From Macrostomum lignano (Eukaryota): DNA of 64,000 nucleotides. This document shows, one piece after another, positions 53,273-64,000 of the stretch. Position 1 is the first letter of the stretch, and each line of letters opens with the position of its first letter. Under the pieces are notes generated by a model, which worked only from the letters and a program-made list of their open reading frames with translations, was not told the origin of the DNA and did not search any database. The position numbers and the translations under genes are program-made. The DNA lies in contig NIVC01001809.1 in assembly GCA_002269645.1 (NCBI GenBank), positions 124,001 through 188,000 of the forward strand, in the 5' to 3' direction.

Positions 53273-53911
53273 GGGATCCCACTTAAAAGACAGGCGCTCA
53301 CCAGTTTAAAAAATTGATACAGAGTTTTGTTCGATACTGCTTCGATAGTGCTTGTAAGTGATCGAGTACTTTGTAAAGATTCAATACGCTTCTCCATGGA
53401 TCCACCCAAAGTTATATACTTTTTGAAAATGAATAGGTCTGTGTTGGGTAAAGTTGCTGCCTTTTTGTAGGAACGTCATCTCCAATGTACGAGTATTTCT
53501 CTGTGTTTCATGACTGCCGAATTTATGTTTCTGCGTAGAAAAAGTGAGACGTGAACTAGCCCAAAAGAATACAGTATATCAGACACAACTATATAATTAT
53601 TAGGTAATCATTATTTCCAACGATTCAAAAAAATGAAAACAGTTACATTCAGTACCTTTGATGTTTATTTAATTGTTTCTAATTCCACTTATGAGTTAGC
53701 ATAAAAATAATTATAGGGAGTTGAAATTATGCACTCGAAAACATAAATTTCATTGATTGCGGAACTGGATATCCTTGAGCATTAATAAAAACTCGAATCC
53801 TGGTTTGACATCAGTAAAAACTATACCGTGAAGTGAAACTCAGATTCGGTCAAAGATTGAATTAAGTTTAGATTTTGACCTTAAATTGTGTGATTATCTG
53901 AGCACTAGAAA

Positions 53912-54000
53912 TGGGGGAGCAGACCAGCGCATCGCTGTGGAACGTGTCTGACTCTGGCACCAACAGCACGTGGTCTAATTCCGTGTGCGGTCACATTCAT
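53912..54000 (+). mobile_element. tRNA-derived SINE head fragment
   Basis: Degenerate A box and B-box-like GGTCTAATTCC. Confidence 0.35.
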
Positions 54001-54199
54001 TTTGGGCTTGTGTGTGCACAAAAAATTCACGCCAATGATGAGGGCCCAACCTTGTACAACAAGTTGTCGAAACGACGATATGTCACGGTACATTTCGCCA
54101 AAAAGTCTCCAGAGTCAACCAAGTATCACTTTGAAGCGTTTTAATGTAGCTGCTACTCTAAAACGACAAAAAGTGACTCTGGCGTGACTATAGAGACTA

Positions 54200-54590
54200 T
54201 AGGACGATGGTATAAGCAACTCTGGGGCCGTAGTGTCGTATTTGAGGCGTGCTAAAGAGAAACAAGTTAACGCGGCGCATGCTGGCCTGCTGCGCGCTGC
54301 CTTCAAGATCGGCTACGAGCGAGTGACCTACGCAGCTTTGTATCACCGCACCGGCCTGGCCCGTCCAAGCGACCTGTTGCGCCGTCGGCGACTCCAGCTG
54401 GCAGGCCACATCATCCGTGCCGAGTCCTACTGCCCAGAGCCGGTGCAGGTGCTGCTGCTAACGCTGCAGGCACCCTAACTGCAGGGACAGGCACGCAATC
54501 GGCGTTTCGTCGACTGCCAGCCAGCTAGACGCCGGCGCCCCAGATCGGTCAGCGGCGTGGCGTTCATTCATGACCTGGCCTTGATCTTGT
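54200..54590 (+). mobile_element. RTE-clade LINE 3' fragment
   Basis: HAGLLRAAFKIGYERVTYAALYHRTGLARPSDLLRRRRLQLAGHIIRA, typical of the RTE C-terminal region. Confidence 0.8.
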
Positions 54591-55259
54591 AGTAAAAAGT
54601 TGAGCGCCAACATAACGATTCTTGGAAGACTCTTTTACGAGACTTTTAAAACTTAGGAGTACGTGATGCGTTTGTGTTGCAGCAGTCGACCTACGCCGCA
54701 TCAGATGCGCTTAAGTCGTTCAAAAGTCATAAAAGGGTCGCCCCCCAAAGTCGCTAGAGTCACTGGAGTTGTTTGCAACGACTTTTTTGCGATTCTAATT
54801 GTCACGGTGTCGTTTCCATCCGTTATTAAGATGGCCCAACTATATCAATAAACTTACCCAGATGCTCCTTGTTTTTCCTTGTTTGAAACTTTTCAACCCC
54901 AAATGTCGGAAACGCAGTTTCAAAGCCGGTAAATTCTATGAATTTGACTATCGTATAAAATAGCATAAACACCTCGAGTGCATGCAGTATGCATCTCTGG
55001 ACGTACTGTAAGAACGTACATGTAGTTTTGCTTTTTTACTTACAGAAGTATCTCAACATAGGAAAATGCATTTAGATATGCGTTTCATCAATCGTGATTT
55101 CCTATTTTTAGTCTGTTATTTTTACTGTTTGGGTCAGATGACAAATCGATAATAATTTTGTGCTTTTAATTTTCAATGATTACCACCCTTTGTTCACTAA
55201 TAACACTTGGTTTTGGTAATTAGTTATACTTTGCGTTTGAAATTAATTTTTTATATTTT

Positions 55260-55700
55260 AATCGGTTGTTGGTTGTCGATTATCGGTTGTTGGTTGTCGA
55301 TTATCGGTTGTTGGTTGTCGATTATCGGTTGTTGGTTGTCGATTATCGGTTGTTGGTTGTCGATTATCGGTTGTTGGTTGTCGATTATCGGTTGTTGGTT
55401 GTCGATTATCGGTTGTTGGTTGTCGATTATCGGTTGTTGGTTGTCGATTATCGGTTGTTGGTTGTCGATTATCGGCTGTTGGTTGTCGATTATCGGTTGT
55501 TGGTTGTCGATTATCGGTTGTTGGTTGTCGATTATCGGTTGTTGGTTGTCGATTATCGGTTGTTGGTTGTCGATTATCGGTTGTTGGTTGTCGATTATCG
55601 GCTGTTGGTTGTCGATTATCGGTTGTTGGTTGTCGATTATCGGTTGCTGGTTGTCGATTATCAGTTGTTGGTTGTCGATTATCGGTTGTTGGTTGTCGGC
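55260..55700. repeat. 21-bp tandem repeat (TCGGTTGTTGGTTGTCGATTA), ~21 copies
   Basis: Directly visible. Confidence 0.96.
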
Positions 55701-56476
55701 TATTGTTTGTCCGTTATCGGTTATATCGGTAAACAACTGCAAACATGCTTGCCTACCTTCTACCGAGTCAAATAAAAACAGAGAGCAAGTATCTGCATTT
55801 CAGTTTTAACGGCAGAGTTCCCGAATACGAGTAATTCTTTGAGAAGATCAGTGACTAATCAAAGGCGCAATGCTTTGAAATTTATCTAGATAACTGTAAC
55901 AATAAAACCGAAAAATAATTAGCCTTTATAACAATATATACAAACTCAATTTGAATTATACATGTGAAAGAGCGCGCAATTTTGGAAACAAATTTTAACT
56001 TGGACTGAATATTAATGCACGCCAAAAAGGTGCAGTTTGAATGTTGGAATCATGAATGCAGGTCAACTTCATCAAATAAATAAATAAAGAAACAGTGTTT
56101 CAGAGCAGGGAAATACCTTAGCATCTACAGTGGTAAAAATAGACAACAAAGCAGATCAGGAAAAAAAGAAGTTAATTACGAAAAATGCTGCGAATAAAAT
56201 CCGCGGAAAAAATATAAATAAATAATTATTAATATTTATAGCTCGTAACTTAACTAACAAAAACAATTGGACAGATTATTAAATGTATTTTGATTAACAA
56301 ATTTGCCACACAAATTTTACGATTATTATTACGTAGTTAAAACTTTGGTTCGCACTGAACTACTCGAGCAGTAGAAATGTAAGCGAATCATATTAAAATT
56401 TAAGATATTCTATGAAATATGATGCAACCTTTTTAAAAATATATATTTTTGATTTATTAAAATAACGACAGCGTTG

Positions 56477-56673
56477 TCAAACAAGTTCCCAGTCGGTGCA
56501 CTCAGAGCCCGAAGATCTCATACGCGAGATGGTTCTCTGTGCTCCTGCTGTACCTGGGAGCTGCGACGAAGATTGGGGAGACTGCGCGTGCGCCTCCTTG
56601 ATGACGACTTGTTCCTGAGAGTGACATTCAGTTTGAAAGGGGGAAATGTTGGTAGCCATGTGGAAGTTGCAGA
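56477..56673 (-). CDS. Probable terminal exon of the TECPR-like gene (reading frame unresolved)
   Basis: Acceptor CGGTCAG at 56674-56675; two open frames are possible depending on which upstream donor is used. Confidence 0.35.
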
Positions 56674-56729
56674 CTGACCGTGTTTATTAACAGACACTAG
56701 ATACCAAAATGTGGCCTGTGACCAACTGA

Positions 56730-57030
56730 CAGAACAGTGACCCTGACCAACTGACACTACAGGGAGTGACCAACTGACACTACAGGGAGTGACCAACTGA
56801 CACTACAGGGATTGACCAACTGACACTACAGGGAGTGACCAACTGACACTACAGGGATTGACCAACTGACACTACAGGGAATGACCAAATGACACTACAA
56901 GGAGTGACCAACTGAGACTACAAGGAGTGACCAACTGACACTACAAGGAGTGACCAACTGACACTACAAGGAGTGACCAACTGACACTACAGAGAGTGCC
57001 CAAACTGACACTACAAAGAGTGACCAACAG
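56730..57030. repeat. 23-bp tandem repeat (GTGACCAACTGACACTACAGGGA) in an intron
   Basis: Directly visible. Confidence 0.92.
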
Positions 57031-57059
57031 AGCAACACCTGTACCAAGCCACAATACGT

Positions 57060-57621
57060 ACCGTCATTCTCACTAATCGGCCCTCGCTATCAACGCAGAT
57101 CACGTGACCACCGGAGGCGGCCGCCACTTCGACAATCCGCCGTCCATGGCACCCGATCGGTTTCCACTCGCCGCCAGCCGCCAGCGGGTCATCGCTGCGT
57201 GCGTACACCCGGCCAAGGCGACGGCACACGGCGAACACGCAGCCGTTGGACACGGACAACTGGCGCATGTCCGGTCCAGGCACCGACACCCAGCGGTCCT
57301 TGACAGTGCGGGCCAGTACTCGACCGCGCGAGTCCCAAGCCCAGATGGCGCCGTCAGGTGTCCATGGACAGCCGGCAATTCCGGCTAAGCCGGTTGGCGC
57401 TGAAGCGACTTCGCTGCCAGCTTCGGCGCAGGAAGCGACGCTACTAACGACGCGAAACTCCGGACCCGCCAGCCAAAGGCCGCCGTCGCTGCCCAGGCCA
57501 AACAGTTTTCCAGCCGAACAGGCGATGCTGATGAAGCCGCTGCTGATTGATTTATTACCTTTTTTATTGGGCCACTTGATTCGCTTCCAGCGGAGCCCGA
57601 ACGGCTCGGAGTCGTTGATGC
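57060..57621 (-). CDS. Tectonin beta-propeller (TECPR-like) exon C
   Basis: Acceptor CCGCAG at 57622, phase 1. LFGLGSDGGLWL, IWAWDSRGRVLAR, WVSVPGPDMRQLSV...VFAV...GRVYAR tectonin-type repeats. Donor position approximate. Confidence 0.8.
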
Positions 57622-57639
57622 CTGCGGGTGGCAGCATTG

Positions 57640-60390
57640 TCTATTGTGATGTCTATTGTGGTGTCTATTGTGGTGTCTATTGTGGTGTCTATTGTGGTGT
57701 CTATTGTGACGTCTATTGTGATGTCTATTGTGGTGTCTATTGTGATGTCTATTGTGGTGTCTATTGTGGTGTCTATTGTGATGTCTATTGTGGTGTCTAT
57801 TGTGGTGTCTATTGTGATGTCTATTGTGGTGTCTATTGTGATGTCTATTGTGATGTCTATTGTGGTGTCTATTGTGGTGTCTATTGTGGTGTCTATTGTG
57901 GTGTCTATTGTGGTGTCTATTGTGGTGTCTATTGTGGTGTCTATTGTGATGTCTATTGTGGTGTCTATTGTGGTGTCTATTGTGATGTCTATTGTGGTGT
58001 CTATTGTGGTGTCTATTGTGATGTCTATTGTGGTGTCTATTGTGGTGTCTATTGTGATGTCTATTGTGGTGTCTATTGTGATGTCTATTGTGGTGTCTAT
58101 TGTGATGTCTATTGTGGTGTCTATTGTGGTGTCTATTGTGGTGTCTATTGTGGTGTCTATTGTGGTGTCTATTGTGATGTCTATTGTGGTGTCTATTGTG
58201 GTGTCTATTGTGATGTCTATTGTGGTGTCTATTGTGATGTCTATTGTGGTGTCTATTGTGATGTCTATTGTGGTGTCTATTGTGGTGTCTATTGTGATGT
58301 CTATTGTGGTGTCTATTGTGATGTCTATTGTGATGTCTATTGTGGTGTCTATTGTGGTGTCTATTGTGGTGTCTATTGTGATGTCTATTGTGATGTCTAT
58401 TGTGGTGTCTATTGTGGTGTCTATTGTGGTGTCTATTGTGATGTCTATTGTGGTGTCTATTGTGGTGTCTATTGTGATGTCTATTGTGATGTCTATTGTG
58501 GTGTCTATTGTGGTGTCTATTGTGATGTCTATTGTGGTGTCTATTGTGATGTCTATTGTGGTGTCTATTGTGGTGTCTATTGTGATGTCTATTGTGGTGT
58601 CTATTGTGGTGTCTATTGTGATGTCTATTGTGGTGTCTATTGTGATGTCTATTGTGATGTCTATTGTGGTGTCTATTGTGGTGTCTATTGTGGTGTCTAT
58701 TGTGGTGTCTATTGTGATGTCTATTGTGGTGTCTATTGTGGTGTCTATTGTGGTGTCTATTGTGATGTCTATTGTGGTGTCTATTGTGGTGTCTATTGTG
58801 ATGTCTATTGTGATGTCTATTGTGGTGTCTATTGTGATGTCTATTGTGGTGTCTATTGTGGTGTCTATTGTGATGTCTATTGTGGTGTCTATTGTGATGT
58901 CTATTGTGGTGTCTATTGTGATGTCTATTGTGGTGTCTATTGTGGTGTCTATTGTGATGTCTATTGTGGTGTCTATTGTGGTGTCTATTGTGATGTCTAT
59001 TGTGGTGTCTATTGTGGTGTCTATTGTGATGTCTATTGTGGTGTCTATTGTGATGTCTATTGTGGTGTCTATTGTGATGTCTATTGTGGTGTCTATTGTG
59101 GTGTCTATTGTGATGTCTATTGTGGTGTCTATTGTGATGTCTATTGTGGTGTCTATTGTGATGTCTATTGTGGTGTCTATTGTGGTGTCTATTGTGGTGT
59201 CTATTGTGGTGTCTATTGTGATGTCTATTGTGGTGTCTATTGTGGTGTCTATTGTGGTGTCTATTGTGATGTCTATTGTGGTGTCTATTGTGATGTCTAT
59301 TGTGATGTCTATTGTGGTGTCTATTGTGGTGTCTATTGTGATGTCTATTGTGGTGTCTATTGTGGTGTCTATTGTGATGTCTATTGTGGTGTCTATTGTG
59401 TTGTCTATTGTGATGTCTATTGTGGTGTCTATTGTGATGTCTATTGTGGTGTCTATTGTGGTGTCTATTGTGGTGTCTATTGTGGTGTCTATTGTGATGT
59501 CTATTGTGGTGTCTATTGTGGTGTCTATTGTGATGTCTATTGTGGTGTCTATTGTGATGTCTATTGTGGTGTCTATTGTGGTGTCTATTGTGGTGTCTAT
59601 TGTGATGTCTATTGTGGTGTCTATTGTGGTGTCTATTGTGATGTCTATTGTGGTGTCTATTGTGGTGTCTATTGTGGTGTCTATTGTGGTGTCTATTGTG
59701 ATGTCTATTGTGGTGTCTATTGTGGTGTCTATTGTGATGTCTATTGTGGTGTCTATTGTGATGTCTATTGTGGTGTCTATTGTGATGTCTATTGTGGTGT
59801 CTATTGTGGTGTCTATTGTGGTGTCACCCCCAAGTCTATTGTGAAGTCTATTGTGATGTCTATTGGGGTGTCTATTGAGAACGTCTATTGAGAACGTCTA
59901 TTGTGATGTCTATTGTGATGTCTATTGTGAATGTCTATTGTGATGTCTATTGTGGTGTCTATTGTGATGTCTATTGTGGTGTCTATTGTGATGTCTTATT
60001 GTGATGTCTATTGTGAATGTTTATTGTGATGTCTATTGTGAATGTTTATTGTGATGTCTATTGTGGTGTCTATTGTGGTGTCTTATTGTGATGTCTTATT
60101 GTGATGTCTATTGTGAATGTTTATTGTGATGTCTATTGTGGTGTCTATTGTGGTGTCTTATTGTGATGTCTTATTGTGATGTCTATTGTGAATGTTTATT
60201 GTGATGTCTATTGTGAATGTTTATTGTGATGTCTATTCTGAATGTTTATTTTGATGTCTGTTGTGATGTCCATTGTGGTGTCTATTGTGATATCTATTGT
60301 GATGTCTATTGTGATGCCTATTGTGAATGTTTATTTTGATGTCTATTGTGATGTCTATTGTGGTGTCTATTATGACGCTTATTGTGGTCT
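57640..60390. repeat. 12-bp intronic satellite GTCTATTGTG(G/A)T, ~180 clean units then a degenerate tail
   Basis: Directly visible; source of the spurious 881-aa and 738-aa ORFs. Confidence 0.98.
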
Positions 60391-60402
60391 CAGGTGCCTC
60401 AC

Positions 60403-60845
60403 CCTGACACAGGTACAGCTGGCCATCTGAGCACAGAGCCCACACGCTGCCCTGGCCGCAGCAGAGTTGCACCACCCGGGAGCCAAGGCTGCCAGCCACT
60501 GGCAGAGTCTCCGAGCGGAAGCCCTCAGGCCAGAGGCAGAACACCTCGCAGCTGGAGGGTCCCACGGCCCAAACGTAGGCTTGACCGCCAATGCAGGTAA
60601 CGGCCGCGTGAGCCCAGTTGCTAAGCAACAGCTGCGACAAACCCTGCGGCTTCAGCTGCGCCCATGCTGTGCCCAGCAGGGGGCCGGAACAGGTGAGCAG
60701 TAGATCCCGGTCTGGCCAGTAAAGCCACAGGCCGAAGTTGGGCACCGAGACAATGAAAGGCGCCGCCGCAGCGCCGGCAGAGGCGTCAGAAACGGCGCCA
60801 ACTCCAGCCAGAGCGCTGGTCAGTACGCGCCACGGCAGGTCGGAG
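60403..60845 (-). CDS. Tectonin beta-propeller (TECPR-like) exon B
   Basis: Acceptor CCTTCAG (60846), donor GTGAGG (60402). YVWAVGP and VVQLCCGQGSVWALCSDGQLYL; phases join exon A (2) and exon C (1) in frame. Confidence 0.82.
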
Positions 60846-60864
60846 CTGAAGGAATAAACAGTGG

Positions 60865-62622
60865 GGGCAAATCTTGGGGGTGAGTAGGGCGATTCTTGGG
60901 GGTGAGTAGGGGCGATTCTTGGGGGTGAGTAGGGCGATTCTTGGGGGTGAGTAGGGGCGATTCTTGGGTGTGAGTAGGGGCGATTCTTGGGGGTGAGTAG
61001 GGGCGATTCTTGGGGGTGAGTAGGGGCGATTCTTGGGGGTGAGTAGGGGCGATTGTTGGGGGTAAGTAGGGGCGATTCTTGGGGGTGAGTAGGGGCGATT
61101 CTTGGGTGTGAGTAGGGGCGATTCTTGGGGGTGAGTAGGGGCGATTCTTGGGGGTGAGTAGGGGCGATTCTTGGGGGTGAGGTAGGGGCGATTCTTGGGT
61201 ATGAGGTAGGGGCGATTCTTGGGAGTGAGTAGGGGCGATTCTTGGGGGTGAGTAGGGGCGATTCTTGGGTGTGAGTAGGGGCGATTCTTGGGTGTGAGTA
61301 GGGGCGATTTTTGGGTGTGAGTAGGGGCGATTGTTGGGTGTGAGTAGGGGCGATTTTTGGGCGTGAGTAGGGGCGATTTTTGGGTGTGAGTAGGGGCGAT
61401 TGTTGGGTGTGAGTTGGGGCAATTGTTGGGTGTGAGTAGGGGCGATTGTTGGGTGTGAGTAGGGGCGATTTTTGGGTTTGAATAGGGGCAACTCTTGGGA
61501 GTGAGTAGGTGAATAGGAGTGATTCTTGAGTGTGAGTAGGGGCGATTCTTGGGGTGAGTAGGGGCGATTCTTGGGTGTGAGTAGGAGCGATTCTTGGGGG
61601 TGAGTAGGGGTGATTCTTGGGTGTGAGTATGTGAGTAGGGGCGATTCTTGGGGGTGAGTAGGGGCGATTGTTGGGTGTGAGTAGGGGCGATTTTTGGGTG
61701 TTAGTAGGGGCGATTCTTGGGTGTGAGTAGGGGCGATTCTTGGGGGTGAGTAGGGGCGATTCTTGGGGGTGAGTAGGGGCGATTCTTGGGGATGAGTAGG
61801 GGCGATTGTTGGGGGTAAGTAGGGGCGATTCTTGGGGGTGAGTAGGGGCGATTCTTGGGTGTGAGTAGGGGCGATTCTTGGGGTGAGTAGGGGCGATTCT
61901 TGGGGGTGAGTAGGGGCGATTCTTGGGGGTGAGGTAGGGGCGATTCTTGGGTATGAGGTAGGGGCGATTCTTGGGGTGAGTAGGGGCGATTCTTGGGGTG
62001 AGTAGGGGCGATTCTTGGGTGTGAGTAGGGGCGATTCTTGGGTGTGAGTAGGGGCGATTTTTGGGTGTGAGTAGGGGCGATTGTTGGGTGTGAGTAGGGG
62101 CGATTTTTGGGCGTGAGTAGGGGCGATTTTTGGGTGTGAGTAGGGGCGATTGTTGGGTGTGAGTTGGGGCAATTGTTGGGTGTGAGTAGGGGCGATTGTT
62201 GGGTGTGAGTAGGGGCGATTTTTGGGTTTGAATAGGGGCAACTCTTGGGAGTGAGTAGGTGAATAGGAGTGATTCTTGAGTGTGAGTAGGGGCGATTCTT
62301 GGGGTGAGTAGGGGCGATTCTTGGGTGTGAGTAGGAGCGATTCTTGGGGGTGAGTAGGGGTGATTCTTGGGTGTGAGTATGTGAGTAGGGGCGATTCTTG
62401 GGGGTGAGTAGGGGCGATTGTTGGGTGTGAGTAGGGGCGATTTTTGGGTGTTAGTAGGGGCGATTTTTGGGTTTGAGTAGGGGCGATTGTTGGGTGTGAG
62501 TAGGGGCGATTGTTGGGTGTGAGTAGGGGCGATTCTTGGGTGTGAGTATGTGAGTAGGGGCGATTCTTGGGTGTGAGTATGTGAGTAGGGGCGATTCTTG
62601 GGGGTGAGTAGGGGCGATTCTT
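60865..62622. repeat. ~23-24-bp G-rich intronic satellite (GAGTAGGGGCGATTCTTGGGGGT) with a 750-bp higher-order duplication
   Basis: The variant block TTTGGGTTTGAATAGGGGCAACTC recurs at 61471 and 62221. Confidence 0.95.
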
Positions 62623-62631
62623 GATTCTTAC

Positions 62632-62960
62632 CGCTTATTATGCGCAGGCTTATCCAGCTCAGCAATCCAGAGCTCCAACGCCGGCAGGTCTTCCGACTCC
62701 AGCCAGCTTCCACCGCGCCAGCAGCGCAAGCAGCAGCCGTCGCCTTCGCCAGAAGCTGTCAGAGTCCACAGGTTGAACTCGGTGACCAGGGCAGCCAGGA
62801 GGCCGCCGCTGCACCGCCCGATGGGCCACCAGCGATCCGGCGCGGACAGGGGAGCCGCCCAGAGCTCAGTGGGAGCTGCTGACTGGTGGTGGCGATGATG
62901 ATGCTGTTGCTGCTGACTGGCCATGCAGACCAGGTGACCCTGTCCTATGCTGATGGATGC
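62632..62960 (-). CDS. TECPR-like exon A (upstream exons not in window)
   Basis: Acceptor TTTCTCAG (62961) with ACTAAT branch; donor CG|GTAAGA (62631). ELWAAP...WWPIG...LWTLT. Confidence 0.7.
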
Positions 62961-62989
62961 CTGAGAAATAGACGGGTGAATTAGTAAAT

Positions 62990-62997
62990 AGATAGAT

Positions 62998-63067
<70 letters not shown>

Positions 63068-63137
63068 CAACAGACAGAAACAAACAGACAGACAGACAGA
63101 CAGCAACAGACAGAAACAAACAGACAGACAGACAGCA

Positions 63138-63176
<39 letters not shown>

Positions 63177-63180
63177 CTCT

Positions 63181-63212
<32 letters not shown>

Positions 63213-63216
63213 CTCT

Positions 63217-63252
<36 letters not shown>

Positions 63253-63256
63253 CTCT

Positions 63257-63292
<36 letters not shown>

Positions 63293-63296
63293 CTCT

Positions 63297-63352
<56 letters not shown>

Positions 63353-63355
63353 CTA

Positions 63356-63397
<42 letters not shown>

Positions 63398-63467
63398 CAA
63401 CAGACAGAAACAAACAGACAGACAGACAGACAGCAACAGACAGAAACAAACAGACAGACAGACAGCA

Positions 63468-63506
<39 letters not shown>

Positions 63507-63510
63507 CTCT

Positions 63511-63574
<64 letters not shown>

Positions 63575-63577
63575 CTA

Positions 63578-63629
<52 letters not shown>

Positions 63630-63704
63630 CGACACTAAGACAGACAGACAGACAGACAGACAGACAGGCAGACAGACAGACAGACAGACAGGCAGACAGA
63701 CAGG

Positions 63705-63742
<38 letters not shown>

Positions 63743-63766
63743 CTAAGACAGACAGACAGACACTCT

Positions 63767-63809
<43 letters not shown>

Positions 63810-63833
63810 CGACACTAAGACAGACAGACAGGC

Positions 63834-63898
<65 letters not shown>

Positions 63899-63965
63899 GG
63901 CAGACAGACAGGCAGACAGACAGACAGACACTAAGATACTAAGACAGACACTAAGACACTAAGAC
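62990..63965. repeat. (GACA)n microsatellite with interspersed variants
   Basis: Directly visible. Confidence 0.97.
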
Positions 63966-64000
63966 ACTGCCACCAGCAACCAAATAAATAATCCGCCGCC

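Noticed and set aside
57246-59891. 881-aa Cys-rich and 738-aa ORFs
   Set aside because: Translations of the 12-bp intronic satellite, antisense to the TECPR-like exons.
60233-62713. 826-aa Pro-rich ORF as one protein
   Set aside because: Mostly intronic satellite; only 60403-60845 is a credible exon.

Overview
Repeat-dense eukaryotic (metazoan invertebrate) genomic DNA. Gene content and style suggest a free-living flatworm such as Macrostomum, but that is inference only. Supported genes: a GCC2/GCC3 Cys-repeat exon and a VMO1-domain exon (-), a secreted WSC-domain gene with a frameshift (+), a 71-aa secreted 8-Cys defensin-like peptide (+), three paralogous secreted PAN/apple proteins, two with a LamG/ConA-like domain (+), a short TRPM-like channel (+, 2 exons), and the 3' exons of a tectonin beta-propeller (TECPR-like) gene (-) whose introns are filled with satellites. 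Mobile DNA: internally deleted Tc1 with TIRs, P/THAP9, Crypton, Gypsy, BEL/Pao, RTE and R2 remnants, SINEs, a MITE, and a near-complete Ngaro/DIRS-like tyrosine-recombinase retrotransposon lying inside a 23-bp satellite. Two orphan 28S rRNA fragments are present. The least explained object is a ~2.1-kb non-coding unit present twice (about 28950-31075 and 33500-35540). It has a CCAAT/TATA promoter, a conserved spliceosomal intron and hairpins with covarying or G-U-preserving changes. Most long ORFs in the supplied track are tandem-repeat artefacts. All domain calls were made by eye, without searches.
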